Assembly: GCA_018674095.1 (NCBI GenBank)
Contig: JABHAX010000013.1
Coordinates: 1 to 59,998 of the forward strand
Length of the DNA: 59,998 nucleotides
Reading direction: 5' to 3'
Origin: Fidelibacterota bacterium
GTDB taxonomy: Bacteria; Fidelibacterota; Marinisomatia; Marinisomatales; UBA1611
Shown here piece by piece: positions 1-10,729 of the stretch. Position 1 is the first letter of the stretch. Every line of letters starts with the position of its first letter. The position numbers and the translations under genes are program-made. The notes below the pieces were generated by a model. The model saw nothing but the letters and a program-made list of their open reading frames with translations. It had not been told where the DNA came from and searched no databases.

Positions 1-833
1 AGTCCAACAAGCCCTGCCACATTATATCCAAGATCCAAATAATATCCACCACTGGATGTGTAGTCATCAGGATTATTTTCATAGGAGATGTTCCCATATT
101 CCAAAACAGCATAAATGTTTTTTGCATAATATTTAAGATTGAATTCGGACAATCCAAATGAAACGGTTGAATCAGGATTATTATCAATCGGTGCATTGTG
201 TATAGTATAAGATCCACCCACTCGTAATCCTGGAAATTCTGTATAATTCAAACTAAAATTTTTCACAAAATCGTAAGCCGTGGTTTTGTATCCTTTACCA
301 CGACCGCTGCGAATCCCTGCACCAATATTTTCGCCATCCATATCTTCTAATATTGCCACGCGCCAATTAATACCGGATATGGAACCGTACAACGAAAATC
401 CATTTCCAAACCAAGTGGTTGGAATAACATATTTACTATAGTCTGGACGTTCAACACTCACAAATAAGGGCGGTTCATGATATTCGTTAATCAATCCTAC
501 AGACGGGAGAATCACACCAACTTGCATTCCGAATCGATGGGAATGATAATTCACAAATGCCTGTTCCAATTCTAATTCGCCTTGACCATCGGCAACAAAA
601 TTATGTTCTAATTCAACTTCCGATTTGAAGGACCAATTTTCGGTCCAATTATATCCATAATAGATAATGAAGCGATGGAAATCCAAAGTAGTCGTTGCAT
701 CATCATCACCGGTTTGAGCACGATTATAGTGAAGTTCACCATAGCCGCCGATGCTTGAACTAGGTTGGAAGAAATCGTCCTGCGTGAATATCAGACTTGC
801 AGCCACCACGATTAATAATAAAATACGTTTCAT
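1..833 (-). CDS. Porin-like outer-membrane beta-barrel protein, N-terminal part (3' end runs off window)
   Basis: Manual minus-strand translation from ATG at 833-831 gives MKRILLLIVVAASLIFTQDDFF (signal peptide). The frame stays open to position 1 and shows a beta-strand pattern rich in aromatics (GYGELHYN, FHRFIIYYGYNW, SFKSEVELEH). It is absent from the ORF track because no stop lies in the window. Confidence 0.5.
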   Translation of the reverse strand, partial: MKRILLLIVVAASLIFTQDDFFQPSSSIGGYGELHYNRAQTGDDDATTTLDFHRFIIYYGYNWTENWSFKSEVELEHNFVADGQGELELEQAFVNYHSHRFGMQVGVILPSVGLINEYHEPPLFVSVERPDYSKYVIPTTWFGNGFSLYGSISGINWRVAILEDMDGENIGAGIRSGRGKGYKTTAYDFVKNFSLNYTEFPGLRVGGSYTIHNAPIDNNPDSTVSFGLSEFNLKYYAKNIYAVLEYGNISYENNPDDYTSSGGYYLDLGYNVAGLVG

Positions 834-1154
834 TTTTTTCTATTTAGAGTTTTATTTAAACTGCAAATGTTATTGTTATTGAGACTTAATCTCAATTAAA
901 GTTACATGTTTAAAAAAGGAGATGTCAATTCAATTTTATAATATTTTTTTCCATTGATTCCCATTTTTAATTTTGAAGATTTAATAAATTTTAAAAACTC
1001 AATATTAGCTGTCATGCAAATTTCTCGTCAACAAAAATAATTGCTAGTCACCTCCTTCCTGTGGAATTTTTAAAAATAATCCACCATCTCCTAAAAAACA
1101 ATTTGCATCGAATCTACATTTGGTATTAAACTATACCGACCAGTCAGTCTATAA

Positions 1155-1745
1155 ATGAATCAAGAAAAACAAGATCAGCGAAAAGACCAAATAATGGAAG
1201 CAGCATTATCCGTGATTGTTGAAAACGGATATGAACGGAGCCGCATGGATGATATTGTTAAATCATCCCAGCTTTCAAAAGGTGCCATTTATTGGTATTA
1301 TAAATCGAAAAAAGAGGTATATCTCTCTCTCGTGGACCATTGGGTGAAACAATATAATGCAGGTTTTATTGAAAATATAGAAACCAAACACTCCGCTTCT
1401 GAACAGCTAAAAGGATTATTTAATTATTTTTTAGCGCAATATCAAAAAGATTCATCTGGGTTTAAAATCCTTGTTGAGTTTTGGTCCTTGAGTGGTCGGG
1501 ATGCCGATTTTAATGCAAAGCTCCAAAAAGTGTATTCTATTTTTTTGGAATACATTATAACAATCATACAAACCGGTGTGGATACCGGTGAATTTCGGCA
1601 CGTCAATCCACGAATCACCGCCCTTTCAATTTTAATCAATATTGAGGGTATAAATTGGTTTACTCGTTTCGATAAATCCGGCGTGGAAGCACATGAATAT
1701 ATTCAAACCATTTCAGATTTCATTCTTGCGGGTTTGAAAAAATAA
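1155..1745 (+). CDS. TetR/AcrR-family transcriptional regulator (likely regulator of downstream beta-oxidation genes)
   Basis: 196 aa; N-terminal HTH typical of TetR (RMDDIVKSSQLSKGAIYWYYKSKKEVY). It ends 9 nt before the acyl-CoA dehydrogenase gene on the same strand. Confidence 0.85.
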   Translation: MNQEKQDQRKDQIMEAALSVIVENGYERSRMDDIVKSSQLSKGAIYWYYKSKKEVYLSLVDHWVKQYNAGFIENIETKHSASEQLKGLFNYFLAQYQKDSSGFKILVEFWSLSGRDADFNAKLQKVYSIFLEYIITIIQTGVDTGEFRHVNPRITALSILINIEGINWFTRFDKSGVEAHEYIQTISDFILAGLKK

Positions 1746-1754
1746 TAGGAAAAC

Positions 1755-3548
1755 ATGATGACAGATACACAAAAACTTAAAACAATTTCAGGTGGGCAAT
1801 GGCTCATATCACCCGTGGCAAATACAAAAGTATTTTGCAGGGAAACTTTTTCCGAAGATCATCAGGATATAGATGCAATGATTCAGGAATTTGTGAAAGA
1901 TCGCATTCTTCCCAATGTTGAAGCTATAGACAAATTAGACAAGGATTTAAGCCTGAAACTACTCCGAGAAACGGGAGAATTGGGACTCATAGGCGTGGAT
2001 ACGCCAGAAGAATATGGTGGCAATGATCTAGATAAAATTACATCTTGTATTGTTTCGGAAGGTATGGGACGAGGTGGTTCCCCCTCCTTCTCATGTACTT
2101 TCTCAGTTCAAACTGGTATTGGAAGTATGGGCATTGTATTCTTTGGTACGCCCAAACAAAAAGAAAAATATTTACCAAAACTTATGACGGGCGAATGGGT
2201 TGCCGCTTATGCATTAACAGAGCCCACAGCCGGATCAGATGCGCTGTCCGGCAAAACAACAGCTATTCTGTCTGAAGATGGAAAACACTATATTTTAAAT
2301 GGCGACAAACAATTTATCAGTAATGGTAGTTGGGCCGATGTATTTACTGTTTTGGCGCAAGTTGATGGTGACAAATTTTCCGGCTTTATTGTGGATCGGA
2401 ATACAGAAGGATTTGAAGTGGGTGCCGAAGAAAAGAAAATGGGCATGAAGGGGTCTTCCACCACACCGTTAAAATTCACCAATGCTAAAGTTCCCGTAGG
2501 AAACCTGCTTTATAAAGTAGGAAAGGGTGCAGCCATTGCATTTAATGCCTTGAATGTTGGGCGTTATAAATTAGCTGCTGCTTGCATTGGGGGATCAAAA
2601 GTAGGTCTGGAGCATGCCGTCAAATATGCCCTTGAGCGTCGTCAATTTGGACAACCCATTGCTCATTTTGATTCTATTAAAGGGAAAATTGCTGATATGG
2701 CAGTTCGTGTTTATGCAGCAGATTCCATGCTTTATAGAACTGTTGGGCTTATCCAAAATGCTATTGATAACTTGGACAAATCTGATCCAGAATATTACAA
2801 AAAAATGGCTGAAGCAACAGAACAATTCGCCATTGAAGCATCTATGGCAAAAGTATTTGGCAGCGAAACATCAAACATGGTTGTAGATGAAGCTCTCCAG
2901 ATCCATGGCGGATACGGATTTACGGAAGAATATCCTCTCGCCCGGGCTTACCGTGATGACCGAATCAATCGCATTTGGGAAGGAACTAACGAGATAAATC
3001 GTATGATTGTTACAGGGTATATGATGAAAAAAGTGCTCATGGAAGAAATTTCACTCCGTGATTATTTGAAAGGTGTAGATGATTTTTTAGCGACTGAAAC
3101 ACCCGATATTGAAGCAGATTTATTCCTGTCAGAAAAATCTGCTGTGGAGTCTGCAAAGCGCTTGGCATCCATGGTATTCCATGAAGCATTATGCGAATAC
3201 GGACAAGACCTTAAACACGAACAACAGTTAAGTGAGGCATTGGCAGATATTTTTACTTACATCTACACGGCTGGTTCAGTCATCTCCCGTGCCAGACAAA
3301 GTCAATCTTCCAATGGTATCTCAAACATGAGTTCCGTCATTGCACGAATTTTCACGGCTGAATCTTTATTGGAAGTAAAATCTTTATCTAATATCTGTTT
3401 AAATAAAATTTTCATGGAAACTATTCCAGAAGATTTCAAGGATAAGGTTGTCCAATTAGAGTCCCGGATGACGCTCAATACGGATACAATTTCTCTTAAA
3501 CAATCTTTGGCTGACTTTATGTTCAGCAAAAATAACTACCCATTCTAA
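1755..3548 (+). CDS. Long acyl-CoA dehydrogenase (FadE-type)
   Basis: 597 aa; ACAD motifs YALTEPTAGSDA and QIHGGYGFTEEYPLARAYRDDRINRIWEGTNEI, plus a C-terminal extension as in long ACADs. Confidence 0.9.
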   Translation: MMTDTQKLKTISGGQWLISPVANTKVFCRETFSEDHQDIDAMIQEFVKDRILPNVEAIDKLDKDLSLKLLRETGELGLIGVDTPEEYGGNDLDKITSCIVSEGMGRGGSPSFSCTFSVQTGIGSMGIVFFGTPKQKEKYLPKLMTGEWVAAYALTEPTAGSDALSGKTTAILSEDGKHYILNGDKQFISNGSWADVFTVLAQVDGDKFSGFIVDRNTEGFEVGAEEKKMGMKGSSTTPLKFTNAKVPVGNLLYKVGKGAAIAFNALNVGRYKLAAACIGGSKVGLEHAVKYALERRQFGQPIAHFDSIKGKIADMAVRVYAADSMLYRTVGLIQNAIDNLDKSDPEYYKKMAEATEQFAIEASMAKVFGSETSNMVVDEALQIHGGYGFTEEYPLARAYRDDRINRIWEGTNEINRMIVTGYMMKKVLMEEISLRDYLKGVDDFLATETPDIEADLFLSEKSAVESAKRLASMVFHEALCEYGQDLKHEQQLSEALADIFTYIYTAGSVISRARQSQSSNGISNMSSVIARIFTAESLLEVKSLSNICLNKIFMETIPEDFKDKVVQLESRMTLNTDTISLKQSLADFMFSKNNYPF

Positions 3549-3709
3549 AAAGGAAAATAATCATGAAAACTCTTTCACTAAAAAAGATCGCCCCCTGTTT
3601 AAACCGGCGAAAAAAAGAACAACGAAAATTGTCTCATTTAAATATTGAGAATTTTGATTTAACGGAATTTTTATTTCACAGAGAAAATAGAAACTAAGGA
3701 AAAAGCACT

Positions 3710-4837
3710 ATGTCTGAATCTGTAATTATTGATGCCGTTCGATCGCCCATTGGCGTAAAAAACGGAAACCTTGTTGGAATTCGCCCAGACGATCTAGCTG
3801 CCCAAGTGGTAAAAGGATTGTTAGCGCGGAATGAAAATGTTTCACCTGACAAAATCGAAGATCTTATTTTGGGATGTGCCTTTCCGGAAGGTCCCCAAGG
3901 AATGCTTATGGCAAAAGGTGTGGCCATTCTCGCAGGTATTCCAGAAACAACCGGTGGTGCTGTGGTGAATCGATTCTGTGGTTCTTCCATGGATGCGGTG
4001 CATCAAATTAGTACAAAAATTGAATCTGGCGATATTGAGGTAGGAATTGCAGCCGGAGTGGAAGATATGTTTTCCGTCCCCATGGGCGGATTCAATCCTG
4101 ATTTTCACCCCGAATTAGCCGAACAAGAATATTACATCGGTATGGGTGAAACTGCAGAAACTTTGGCTGAAGAAGGCAAAATTTCCCGAGATGCCCAGGA
4201 ACAATTTTCAGTGGAATCCCACAACAAAGCATTGGATGCTTTAGAAAATGACCGGTTCAATAATGAAATTATTCCCATTGATGTTTATGGTGAAGTCACT
4301 GTTGAAAAAGATGAAGGTCCAAGAGAACCCAATTTGGAAAAGATCCAAAGTTTGAATCCTGCATTTATTGAAAATGGCACTATTACTCCTGCCACTTCCA
4401 GCCCAATCTCCGTTGGTGCTGCTGCAATATTGATTACCAGCCGGGAATTCGCGGAAGCAAATGGGCTTACTATTCGCGCATCAATCAAAGGTCGATCTGT
4501 GGCCGGTGTGGATTGGAAAAGAATGGGCATCGGTCCCTTACCCGCAACTGAAAAAGTTTTAGCAAAAACAGGTCTCGCCATGAATGATATTGACGTAATT
4601 GAACTCAATGAAGCATTCTCTGCCCAATCACTTTATGTGATTCAAGAAGGTGGCTGGGACAAATCAAAAGTGAATTTGAATGGTGGTGCCATTGCTTTGG
4701 GACATCCACTGGGCTGCTCCGGAGCACGAATCATTACCACTTTGCTAAATGTTATGGAACAACAAGATGCAAAAACCGGTCTGGCCACTATGTGTATCGG
4801 CTCGGGACAAGGTATCGCAACCATTTTGGAACGATAA
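3710..4837 (+). CDS. Acetyl-CoA C-acyltransferase / 3-ketoacyl-CoA thiolase
   Basis: 375 aa; thiolase motifs NRFCGSSMDAV (nucleophilic Cys), NEAFSAQ, GHPLGCSGARI, CIGSGQG. Confidence 0.92.
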   Translation: MSESVIIDAVRSPIGVKNGNLVGIRPDDLAAQVVKGLLARNENVSPDKIEDLILGCAFPEGPQGMLMAKGVAILAGIPETTGGAVVNRFCGSSMDAVHQISTKIESGDIEVGIAAGVEDMFSVPMGGFNPDFHPELAEQEYYIGMGETAETLAEEGKISRDAQEQFSVESHNKALDALENDRFNNEIIPIDVYGEVTVEKDEGPREPNLEKIQSLNPAFIENGTITPATSSPISVGAAAILITSREFAEANGLTIRASIKGRSVAGVDWKRMGIGPLPATEKVLAKTGLAMNDIDVIELNEAFSAQSLYVIQEGGWDKSKVNLNGGAIALGHPLGCSGARIITTLLNVMEQQDAKTGLATMCIGSGQGIATILER

Positions 4838-5082
4838 GAACAGGGAAAATAAATACGATGAAAACCCAAAAAAATAACTACTCTAAAACCCCATTGTATT
4901 TCCTGTATGACCCGCCCCATCCATCTCTATCATGGTGGGCAAGTAGTGGAAAATGATTTTTTCGCAATGGATAAAACCGATTAATCCCCCTGTAATTGGG
5001 GGACAATAGAGGTCTTATAAATATGGACTTCATAAAACTCTATATATAATACAAATGTACACCAGCTTAAAAAGGATTAATT

Positions 5083-7428
5083 ATGTCACAAAAAATTGAA
5101 AAAGTAGCCGTACTCGGCGCAGGTATCATGGGCGCGCAAATTGCAGGACATCTTGCAAATGCGGGAATTCCATCCTATTTATTTGATATCAATGATGAGT
5201 TGGCAAAAAATGGAGTGGACTCACTCACGTCTTTAAAACCGGCTCCACTTTATAAACCAAAAAATGCAGAATTAGTAAAGCCTTGCACCTACGAAAATGA
5301 TATTGAAAAGATCGCAGAAGTAGACTGGGTTTTGGAAGCTGTCGTGGAACGACTAGATATTAAGGAGAAAGTTTATAATAGCCTTCTTCCTCATTTAAAG
5401 GATACTGCAATTCTTTCCTCCAATACATCTGGAATTCGATTAGCTGATTTGACAGCGTCTCTTCCCGATGATTTGAAAAAGCGTTTCATGATTACCCACT
5501 TTTTCAATCCACCAAGATATATGCAGCTTTTGGAATTGGTTCGTGGAGAACTAACCACCGATGACACTTATAATACCATGATCGAATTTGGTGAATCTAT
5601 ATTGGGAAAAGGTATAGTTCATGCCAAAGATACACCCAACTTTATCGGAAATAGAATTGGTGTGTATGGCATGATGACTACCATGAATCTTGCAATTCAA
5701 CAAGGTCTTACTGTAGAAGAAGTGGATAAATTGACGGGACCAATCACTGGACGACCCAAAAGCGCAACCTTCAGGACTGCTGATGTGGTTGGATTAGATA
5801 CAATGAGACACGTATCAAAAACAACCTATGAAAAAGCGTTAGATGATGAAGAACGGGACATGTTTAAAATTCCTGAAATTTTAAATCAACTCGTTGATTC
5901 AGGACGATTAGGACAAAAAACAAAAGCTGGTTTTTATAAAAAGAATGAAGACCGATCCATCCATTCTGTGGATTTTAAAACCGGTGAATATTCACCCCAG
6001 GAAAAAGTCCGCTTTGATTGTTTTCGAGTAGCAAAAGATCGACAAAAACTGCCAGATAAACTCAAAGCTCTTTGTTATGGGGACGATCGTGGCAGTAAAT
6101 ATTTTTGGGAAATTACTGCTAAAACATTGATCTACAGTGCCAACCGTATTCCAGAAATTTCAGACGATATTGTGAATATTGACAATGCCATGAGGTGGGG
6201 ATACGCCTGGGAAATGGGTCCATTTGAAAGTTGGGACGCCCTTGGCGTTCGAAAATCTGTAGATAGAATGAAAACTGAAGGAAAGAAAGTTCCTGATTGG
6301 GTTTTGGAAATGTTAGACTCAGGTCGTGAAACCTTTTATACAACTGAAAACGGTGAGCGAACATACTGGTGCCCCTCCGGTAAGCATCCCGTTACTATTG
6401 AACCCAATCCAAAAGTTTTGAATCTTGCTATTCATAAAACAAGTGGTAAAACACTGAAACGTGATTTAAGTGCCAGTATTAACGATTTAGGTGACGGCAT
6501 CTTGAATGTTGAATTCCATTCCATTCTTCAATCTACATTAAATCCGATTGATGGTTCTTATATTGAAATGATTAATCTTGCCCTTGATCTGATCGAAAAG
6601 GGCGATTATAAAGCCATGGTTTTGGGTCACCAAGGTCCGAATTTTTGTGCCGGTGCTAATTTGAATCTAATTTTGGAAGTATGCAAAAACCAAATGTGGG
6701 ATGAGTTGAATATGGCTATTAAAGTTCTTCAAGATACAACCCAGCGAATTCGGTTCTCTAAAGGTCCTGTTGTGGCGGCACCATTTCAGTTAACACTAGG
6801 TGGTGGCGTAGAACTTATCCAACCAGCAGCTCATCGCGTTGTGGCTGCGGAAACATACATGGGACTTGTAGAAGTGGGTGTTGGACTCATTCCCGGTGGT
6901 GGCGGAAATCTCCGTATGATCTTAAATGCCATGGATGGTGGGACAGGTCGCATGGGTGCTTTTCAGAAGATTCAAAAAATATTTGAAGTTGTTGGTTTTG
7001 CAAAAGTTGCGACCAGCGCTGATGAGGCAAAACATCTAGGTTATTTAAAAAAGGATGATACTATCATTCTTAATCGAGATCACTTAATTCAAACGGCAAA
7101 AGATAAAGCACTAGAATTGGCCGATGGATATGTACCACCAACTTATCGGGATGATCTTAAACTCCCCGGTGCCGGTGGACGAACTGCCATGTCTATGGCT
7201 TTAAAAGGTTTTAAGATGCAAGGGAAGATCTCTGATCATGATTTGAAGATTGGTGAAAAATTAGCCTACGTAATGACCGGTGGAGATAAAGCGGGACTCA
7301 CCAAAACAGTAGATGAACAATATATCCTGGATATTGAACGGGAAGCATTTATTTCTCTCTGTGGAGAAAAACTTTCCCAAGATAGAATCAGTTTTATGCT
7401 TAAAAAAGGAAAACCTTTGCGTAACTGA
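5083..7428 (+). CDS. Bifunctional 3-hydroxyacyl-CoA dehydrogenase / enoyl-CoA hydratase (FadN-type domain order)
   Basis: 781 aa; N-terminal Rossmann VAVLGAGIMGAQIA (HADH) and C-terminal crotonase-like FCAGANL...GGGVEL. The dehydrogenase domain comes first, as in Bacillus FadN rather than E. coli FadB. Confidence 0.9.
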   Translation: MSQKIEKVAVLGAGIMGAQIAGHLANAGIPSYLFDINDELAKNGVDSLTSLKPAPLYKPKNAELVKPCTYENDIEKIAEVDWVLEAVVERLDIKEKVYNSLLPHLKDTAILSSNTSGIRLADLTASLPDDLKKRFMITHFFNPPRYMQLLELVRGELTTDDTYNTMIEFGESILGKGIVHAKDTPNFIGNRIGVYGMMTTMNLAIQQGLTVEEVDKLTGPITGRPKSATFRTADVVGLDTMRHVSKTTYEKALDDEERDMFKIPEILNQLVDSGRLGQKTKAGFYKKNEDRSIHSVDFKTGEYSPQEKVRFDCFRVAKDRQKLPDKLKALCYGDDRGSKYFWEITAKTLIYSANRIPEISDDIVNIDNAMRWGYAWEMGPFESWDALGVRKSVDRMKTEGKKVPDWVLEMLDSGRETFYTTENGERTYWCPSGKHPVTIEPNPKVLNLAIHKTSGKTLKRDLSASINDLGDGILNVEFHSILQSTLNPIDGSYIEMINLALDLIEKGDYKAMVLGHQGPNFCAGANLNLILEVCKNQMWDELNMAIKVLQDTTQRIRFSKGPVVAAPFQLTLGGGVELIQPAAHRVVAAETYMGLVEVGVGLIPGGGGNLRMILNAMDGGTGRMGAFQKIQKIFEVVGFAKVATSADEAKHLGYLKKDDTIILNRDHLIQTAKDKALELADGYVPPTYRDDLKLPGAGGRTAMSMALKGFKMQGKISDHDLKIGEKLAYVMTGGDKAGLTKTVDEQYILDIEREAFISLCGEKLSQDRISFMLKKGKPLRN

Positions 7429-7457
7429 TTCCTTCATCCTTGGTTGGTTAACAAAAA

Positions 7458-7490
7458 AGCCCCGAATTCCTTCGGGGCTTTTTTGTTTTT
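7458..7490. terminator. Bidirectional rho-independent terminator between convergent genes
   Basis: AGCCCCGAA-ttcc-TTCGGGGCT perfect 9 bp stem, preceded by an A-run and followed by TTTTTTGTTTTT. It lies between the fadN-like stop (7428) and the stop of the minus-strand OMP gene (7529). Confidence 0.85.
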
Positions 7491-7528
7491 CAAATTGTTA
7501 TTCTAACTTTTCAATAGTTATTAAATAA

Positions 7529-8782
7529 TCAAAAATGATATTCCAGCCCAAACTTCAAATGAGAGAAATCTTCCATGGAATAGAATTGGGTCCCCTCTTC
7601 ACCCATAAATTTTGAAACAGATAGATTTAATTTCAAATTATCCATAGGCGAATATTTCGCAGATACACCCAACATGGATTGGGAATCCTTTAAGTCCATA
7701 AATGTATTTCCTGAAAGCTCTAAAGCATCATCAAAGTAATTGGCAGAAGCTGAAAGCATCAATCCCAAATCGGAAAAAGATGCGAATGGAGTACCCATTC
7801 CGGGTATTAATTCGGGGAGAGTAGTTTGGACTAATCTAGTATAGCCTAAATCTTCCAAAGAAAATATCCCTTCTATATACCCAATCAATTGACTTGAAAG
7901 CATGATATCTGTTGATGTGGTGTATTCTATCTGTTCCGCATATTGGATATAGGTAGTATTATTAAAATAAGGCCTATCCAAATTCATATCTATGTGAGTT
8001 TTAAAACGAGCAATCTCAATTCGATTTGTGAATTCACCAATAAAGGAAACCAAATCAAATCCAATAACATTTGTTTTTCTATAAAAAAAGGATGGAATAT
8101 TAGCATTCATTCCAACATAAGTGAACGATCGATCTCTTCCATTAAAATATGAAAAACTAAAATCGCTGGACCCAAAAGTAGATTGAATTCTTATTCCAAA
8201 TTCGCTTCCCGCATTTACATCCATCAAGTCTGGAGCAGCTTCAGGTATATCCAATGGAAAGGCTTTTTCACCAAATGGATAGCGATTCCCTTCATGCTCT
8301 GGAATGTACACACCTTCTATCTGCGAGTCGTTCCAATAATATTTTGCCGAGCCAGATATAGTTCCAATTTTACGATCCGCCCCAGGAAGAAACATATAAT
8401 AATAATCATAGGGATTCAAATTATCGGTAGGGTTATTTCCATCTACCGCGCCCCAGGCATGGATCTGTTTCCCTAGCTTTACTTCCCCCCAGCTTGGATA
8501 CCATGTTAAATAGGCTTCTCGTATTTGAAGTTCATTTTCATTATTGGACCAGCGATATTCTAATGCAGAATTGGTCTTGATTTCAAAATCACCCGATGAG
8601 TAACCTACTTCTGCTTCTGCTAACCTAAATGGGAGTGAAATTTCTGATTGATCCGAGAGGCGGACCATATTTCCCGGATTAATTGAACCGGAATATGATA
8701 TTTGTCCGTGTAACTTCGCAAGGAGCAGTGGTACCAACAGTAGCAGGATCTTGAGTTGCAGCACAAAAATAATTTTTATCAT
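7529..8782 (-). CDS. Outer-membrane beta-barrel, DUF1302-like (copy A)
   Basis: 417 aa; signal peptide, LGKQIHAWGAVDGNNPTDNLNPYDYYYMF motif and C-terminal MEDFSHLKFGLEYHF (terminal Phe typical of OMPs). Clear paralog of 16994-18421. Confidence 0.6.
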   Translation of the reverse strand: MIKIIFVLQLKILLLLVPLLLAKLHGQISYSGSINPGNMVRLSDQSEISLPFRLAEAEVGYSSGDFEIKTNSALEYRWSNNENELQIREAYLTWYPSWGEVKLGKQIHAWGAVDGNNPTDNLNPYDYYYMFLPGADRKIGTISGSAKYYWNDSQIEGVYIPEHEGNRYPFGEKAFPLDIPEAAPDLMDVNAGSEFGIRIQSTFGSSDFSFSYFNGRDRSFTYVGMNANIPSFFYRKTNVIGFDLVSFIGEFTNRIEIARFKTHIDMNLDRPYFNNTTYIQYAEQIEYTTSTDIMLSSQLIGYIEGIFSLEDLGYTRLVQTTLPELIPGMGTPFASFSDLGLMLSASANYFDDALELSGNTFMDLKDSQSMLGVSAKYSPMDNLKLNLSVSKFMGEEGTQFYSMEDFSHLKFGLEYHF

Positions 8783-8815
8783 TTTCTATTTTTTTGAAAG
8801 AAATTTGTAATTATG

Positions 8816-8865
8816 TAAAACGTAATTATCTAACATCCTAAACTCCATTACATATTTACGTTTTA
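8816..8865 (-). other. 10 bp perfect inverted repeat (stem-loop) in the LolA-like/OMP intergenic spacer
   Basis: TAAAACGTAA (8816-8825) and TTACGTTTTA (8856-8865) are exact reverse complements, separated by 30 nt. Confidence 0.4.
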
Positions 8866-8890
8866 AATAATTATTATAATTTTTTATCAT

Positions 8891-9640
8891 CTATTTTTTC
8901 GGAAGACGCTTTAAGTTTTTTTCTTGAAATAATTTTTCTTCAATCCTAGAATCTACTTCTATATCTGAAAAAGTCACTTCAGTTGAATGTTGTTTTTGAA
9001 CGTCCTCAACAAAAACACGCTTCATTATATCGAAACCTTTCATATCTTTGAATTCATATTCTTTTTTCTTTTTTAATTCGCCTCGTTTATCAAAGGATTC
9101 TTCTTTCACACCCATGAGCGTTGATTTTTCTATCCATGATATGTGTTTTGTATAGGACGATTTCGCCGACTTTTTTGGAAGGATTTCCAGCACATAGCAA
9201 TCTTTGCCACCCACCGTTTCATCATCTAAACGCCTGTATTCATTTTCATCTAAATCTCGGCTGGATAAATCCTCATAACTCAAATCAGACCCCATGAATG
9301 CATCCCCTTTTTTCTTGGAAGAGATACGTCTTACTTTTTTAAATGCAGGGAGCCACATGCGCATTTCATCATCTTTACCCTCGTGTTCGATCTTTAAAAA
9401 TGCCACGCCTTTGTCATCTTTCGGTTTCAGAAACCAGCTGATTTGTTTTTTATTGCCATCCATGGATTTCGATACCATTGACAAGGATCTGGATTTACCT
9501 TTTTTATTGGTTAATACCATTTTAGTCGTATTGGACATATCATCTGGTGATGGTTTTTCATCTACCAATTTGGCTATTTCAAATCCTGTTTGTGAAAATA
9601 CATAACCTATGAGAAGAATGATGATTATGGGTTTTTTCAT
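8891..9640 (-). CDS. LolA-like outer-membrane lipoprotein-sorting / periplasmic lipid carrier protein (copy A)
   Basis: 249 aa; signal peptide; motif MWLPAFKKVRRISSKKKGDAFMGSDLSYEDLSSR matches my recollection of the LolA_like family. Paralog of 22737-23504. Confidence 0.65.
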   Translation of the reverse strand: MKKPIIIILLIGYVFSQTGFEIAKLVDEKPSPDDMSNTTKMVLTNKKGKSRSLSMVSKSMDGNKKQISWFLKPKDDKGVAFLKIEHEGKDDEMRMWLPAFKKVRRISSKKKGDAFMGSDLSYEDLSSRDLDENEYRRLDDETVGGKDCYVLEILPKKSAKSSYTKHISWIEKSTLMGVKEESFDKRGELKKKKEYEFKDMKGFDIMKRVFVEDVQKQHSTEVTFSDIEVDSRIEEKLFQEKNLKRLPKK

Positions 9641-9730
9641 AATAATTGTCCTTTTATTTAATTTAAGTATTTATGTTTTTAGGTGTTCGAGGGTTCAATG
9701 CATTAACGCATGAACACTTTATACTTATCA

Positions 9731-10726
9731 CTACCACCGAATCGCGGCTGATGCCCATGTATAACCGGCGCCAAAGGCTGCGAGAATTATTGTATCTCCT
9801 GCCTTGATTTTCCCTTCTTCCACAGCCTCACACAGTGCTATCGGGATAGATGCTGCCGTCGTATTCCCATATCTTTGAATATTAGCATAAAATTTATCCA
9901 TGTTTACGCCCATTCTTTTTGCAACAGATTGGATAATTCTCAAATTCGCTTGATGGGGAATAATCAATGCAACATCATCCATGGAGAGATTATTTTTATC
10001 CAACGCTTCTTGAATAACCTCGGGAAAACGAACCACTGCATTCTTAAATACTTCGCGTCCATTCATAAAGGGTTCATATCTCTGTGCTTGTTCTATGGTA
10101 AGTTTGTTAATTTGGTTTAAACCAGATGATCCAGGGCCTTCCATCCATAAGTTTTTCATATCTTTCCCCTCGCTATGTAAATGAGTGGATAAAATACCAG
10201 CTTCATCTTGGCTAGGTTGAAGAATGACCGCACCCGCTCCATCACCAAAAAGAACAGAAATATCTCTTCCTTCTGTCGTTTTATTAATGAATTTTGACTG
10301 TGCTTCTGCACCAATCACAAGAGCAGTTTTATACATCCCAGATTGAATAAATTGATCTGCTGTGGAAAGAGCGTAAACAAATCCTGAACATGCAGCACGT
10401 AAATCAAAACAGCCGACATTTCTCAAACCCAGCATTTCCTGGAGTTGTGAACTCACGCCTGGGAAAAAATAATCGCTTGAAATAGTTGCCACAACTACGA
10501 GATCAATTTCTTCAGGGTTTATACCAGCATTTTCTATTGCCTTCTTTGCTGCAGGAAACGCAAGGTCTGATGCAGCTTCGTCTCCTTGTACCCAATGTCG
10601 TTCTTCAATACCGGATCGTGTTTTGATCCACTCATCCGAAGTGTCCATTAATTCAGTTAAATCTTGGTTTGTTACTACTTGACTGGGGACGTGATAGCCT
10701 ATCCCTTTTATGGCGCTTCTGATCAT
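9731..10726 (-). CDS. fabH: 3-oxoacyl-ACP synthase III (KAS III, FabH-type), copy A
   Basis: 331 aa; canonical Cys-His-Asn triad contexts (AACSGFVYAL, IPHQANLRI, GNTTAASIP). The start lies 3 nt after the stop of the upstream MMPL gene. Confidence 0.88.
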   Translation of the reverse strand: MIRSAIKGIGYHVPSQVVTNQDLTELMDTSDEWIKTRSGIEERHWVQGDEAASDLAFPAAKKAIENAGINPEEIDLVVVATISSDYFFPGVSSQLQEMLGLRNVGCFDLRAACSGFVYALSTADQFIQSGMYKTALVIGAEAQSKFINKTTEGRDISVLFGDGAGAVILQPSQDEAGILSTHLHSEGKDMKNLWMEGPGSSGLNQINKLTIEQAQRYEPFMNGREVFKNAVVRFPEVIQEALDKNNLSMDDVALIIPHQANLRIIQSVAKRMGVNMDKFYANIQRYGNTTAASIPIALCEAVEEGKIKAGDTIILAAFGAGYTWASAAIRW

Positions 10727-10729
10727 TTG

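Noticed and set aside
1014-1108. 9 nt inverted repeat ATGCAAATT / AATTTGCAT upstream of the first tetR as a possible operator pair
   Set aside because: The arms are 77 nt apart in very AT-rich DNA, so a chance match of this length is plausible.
3563-3697. 44-codon ORF between the ACAD and thiolase genes
   Set aside because: It is basic, low-complexity and has no recognisable motif. It is likely spacer sequence.
4985-5003. Hairpin TCCCCC-tgtaatt-GGGGGA resembling the reverse complement of the hairpin at 30366-30384 (TTCCCCT-attac-AGGGGAA); possible REP-like family
   Set aside because: Only two short copies were seen, with differing stems. This is too little to distinguish from chance.
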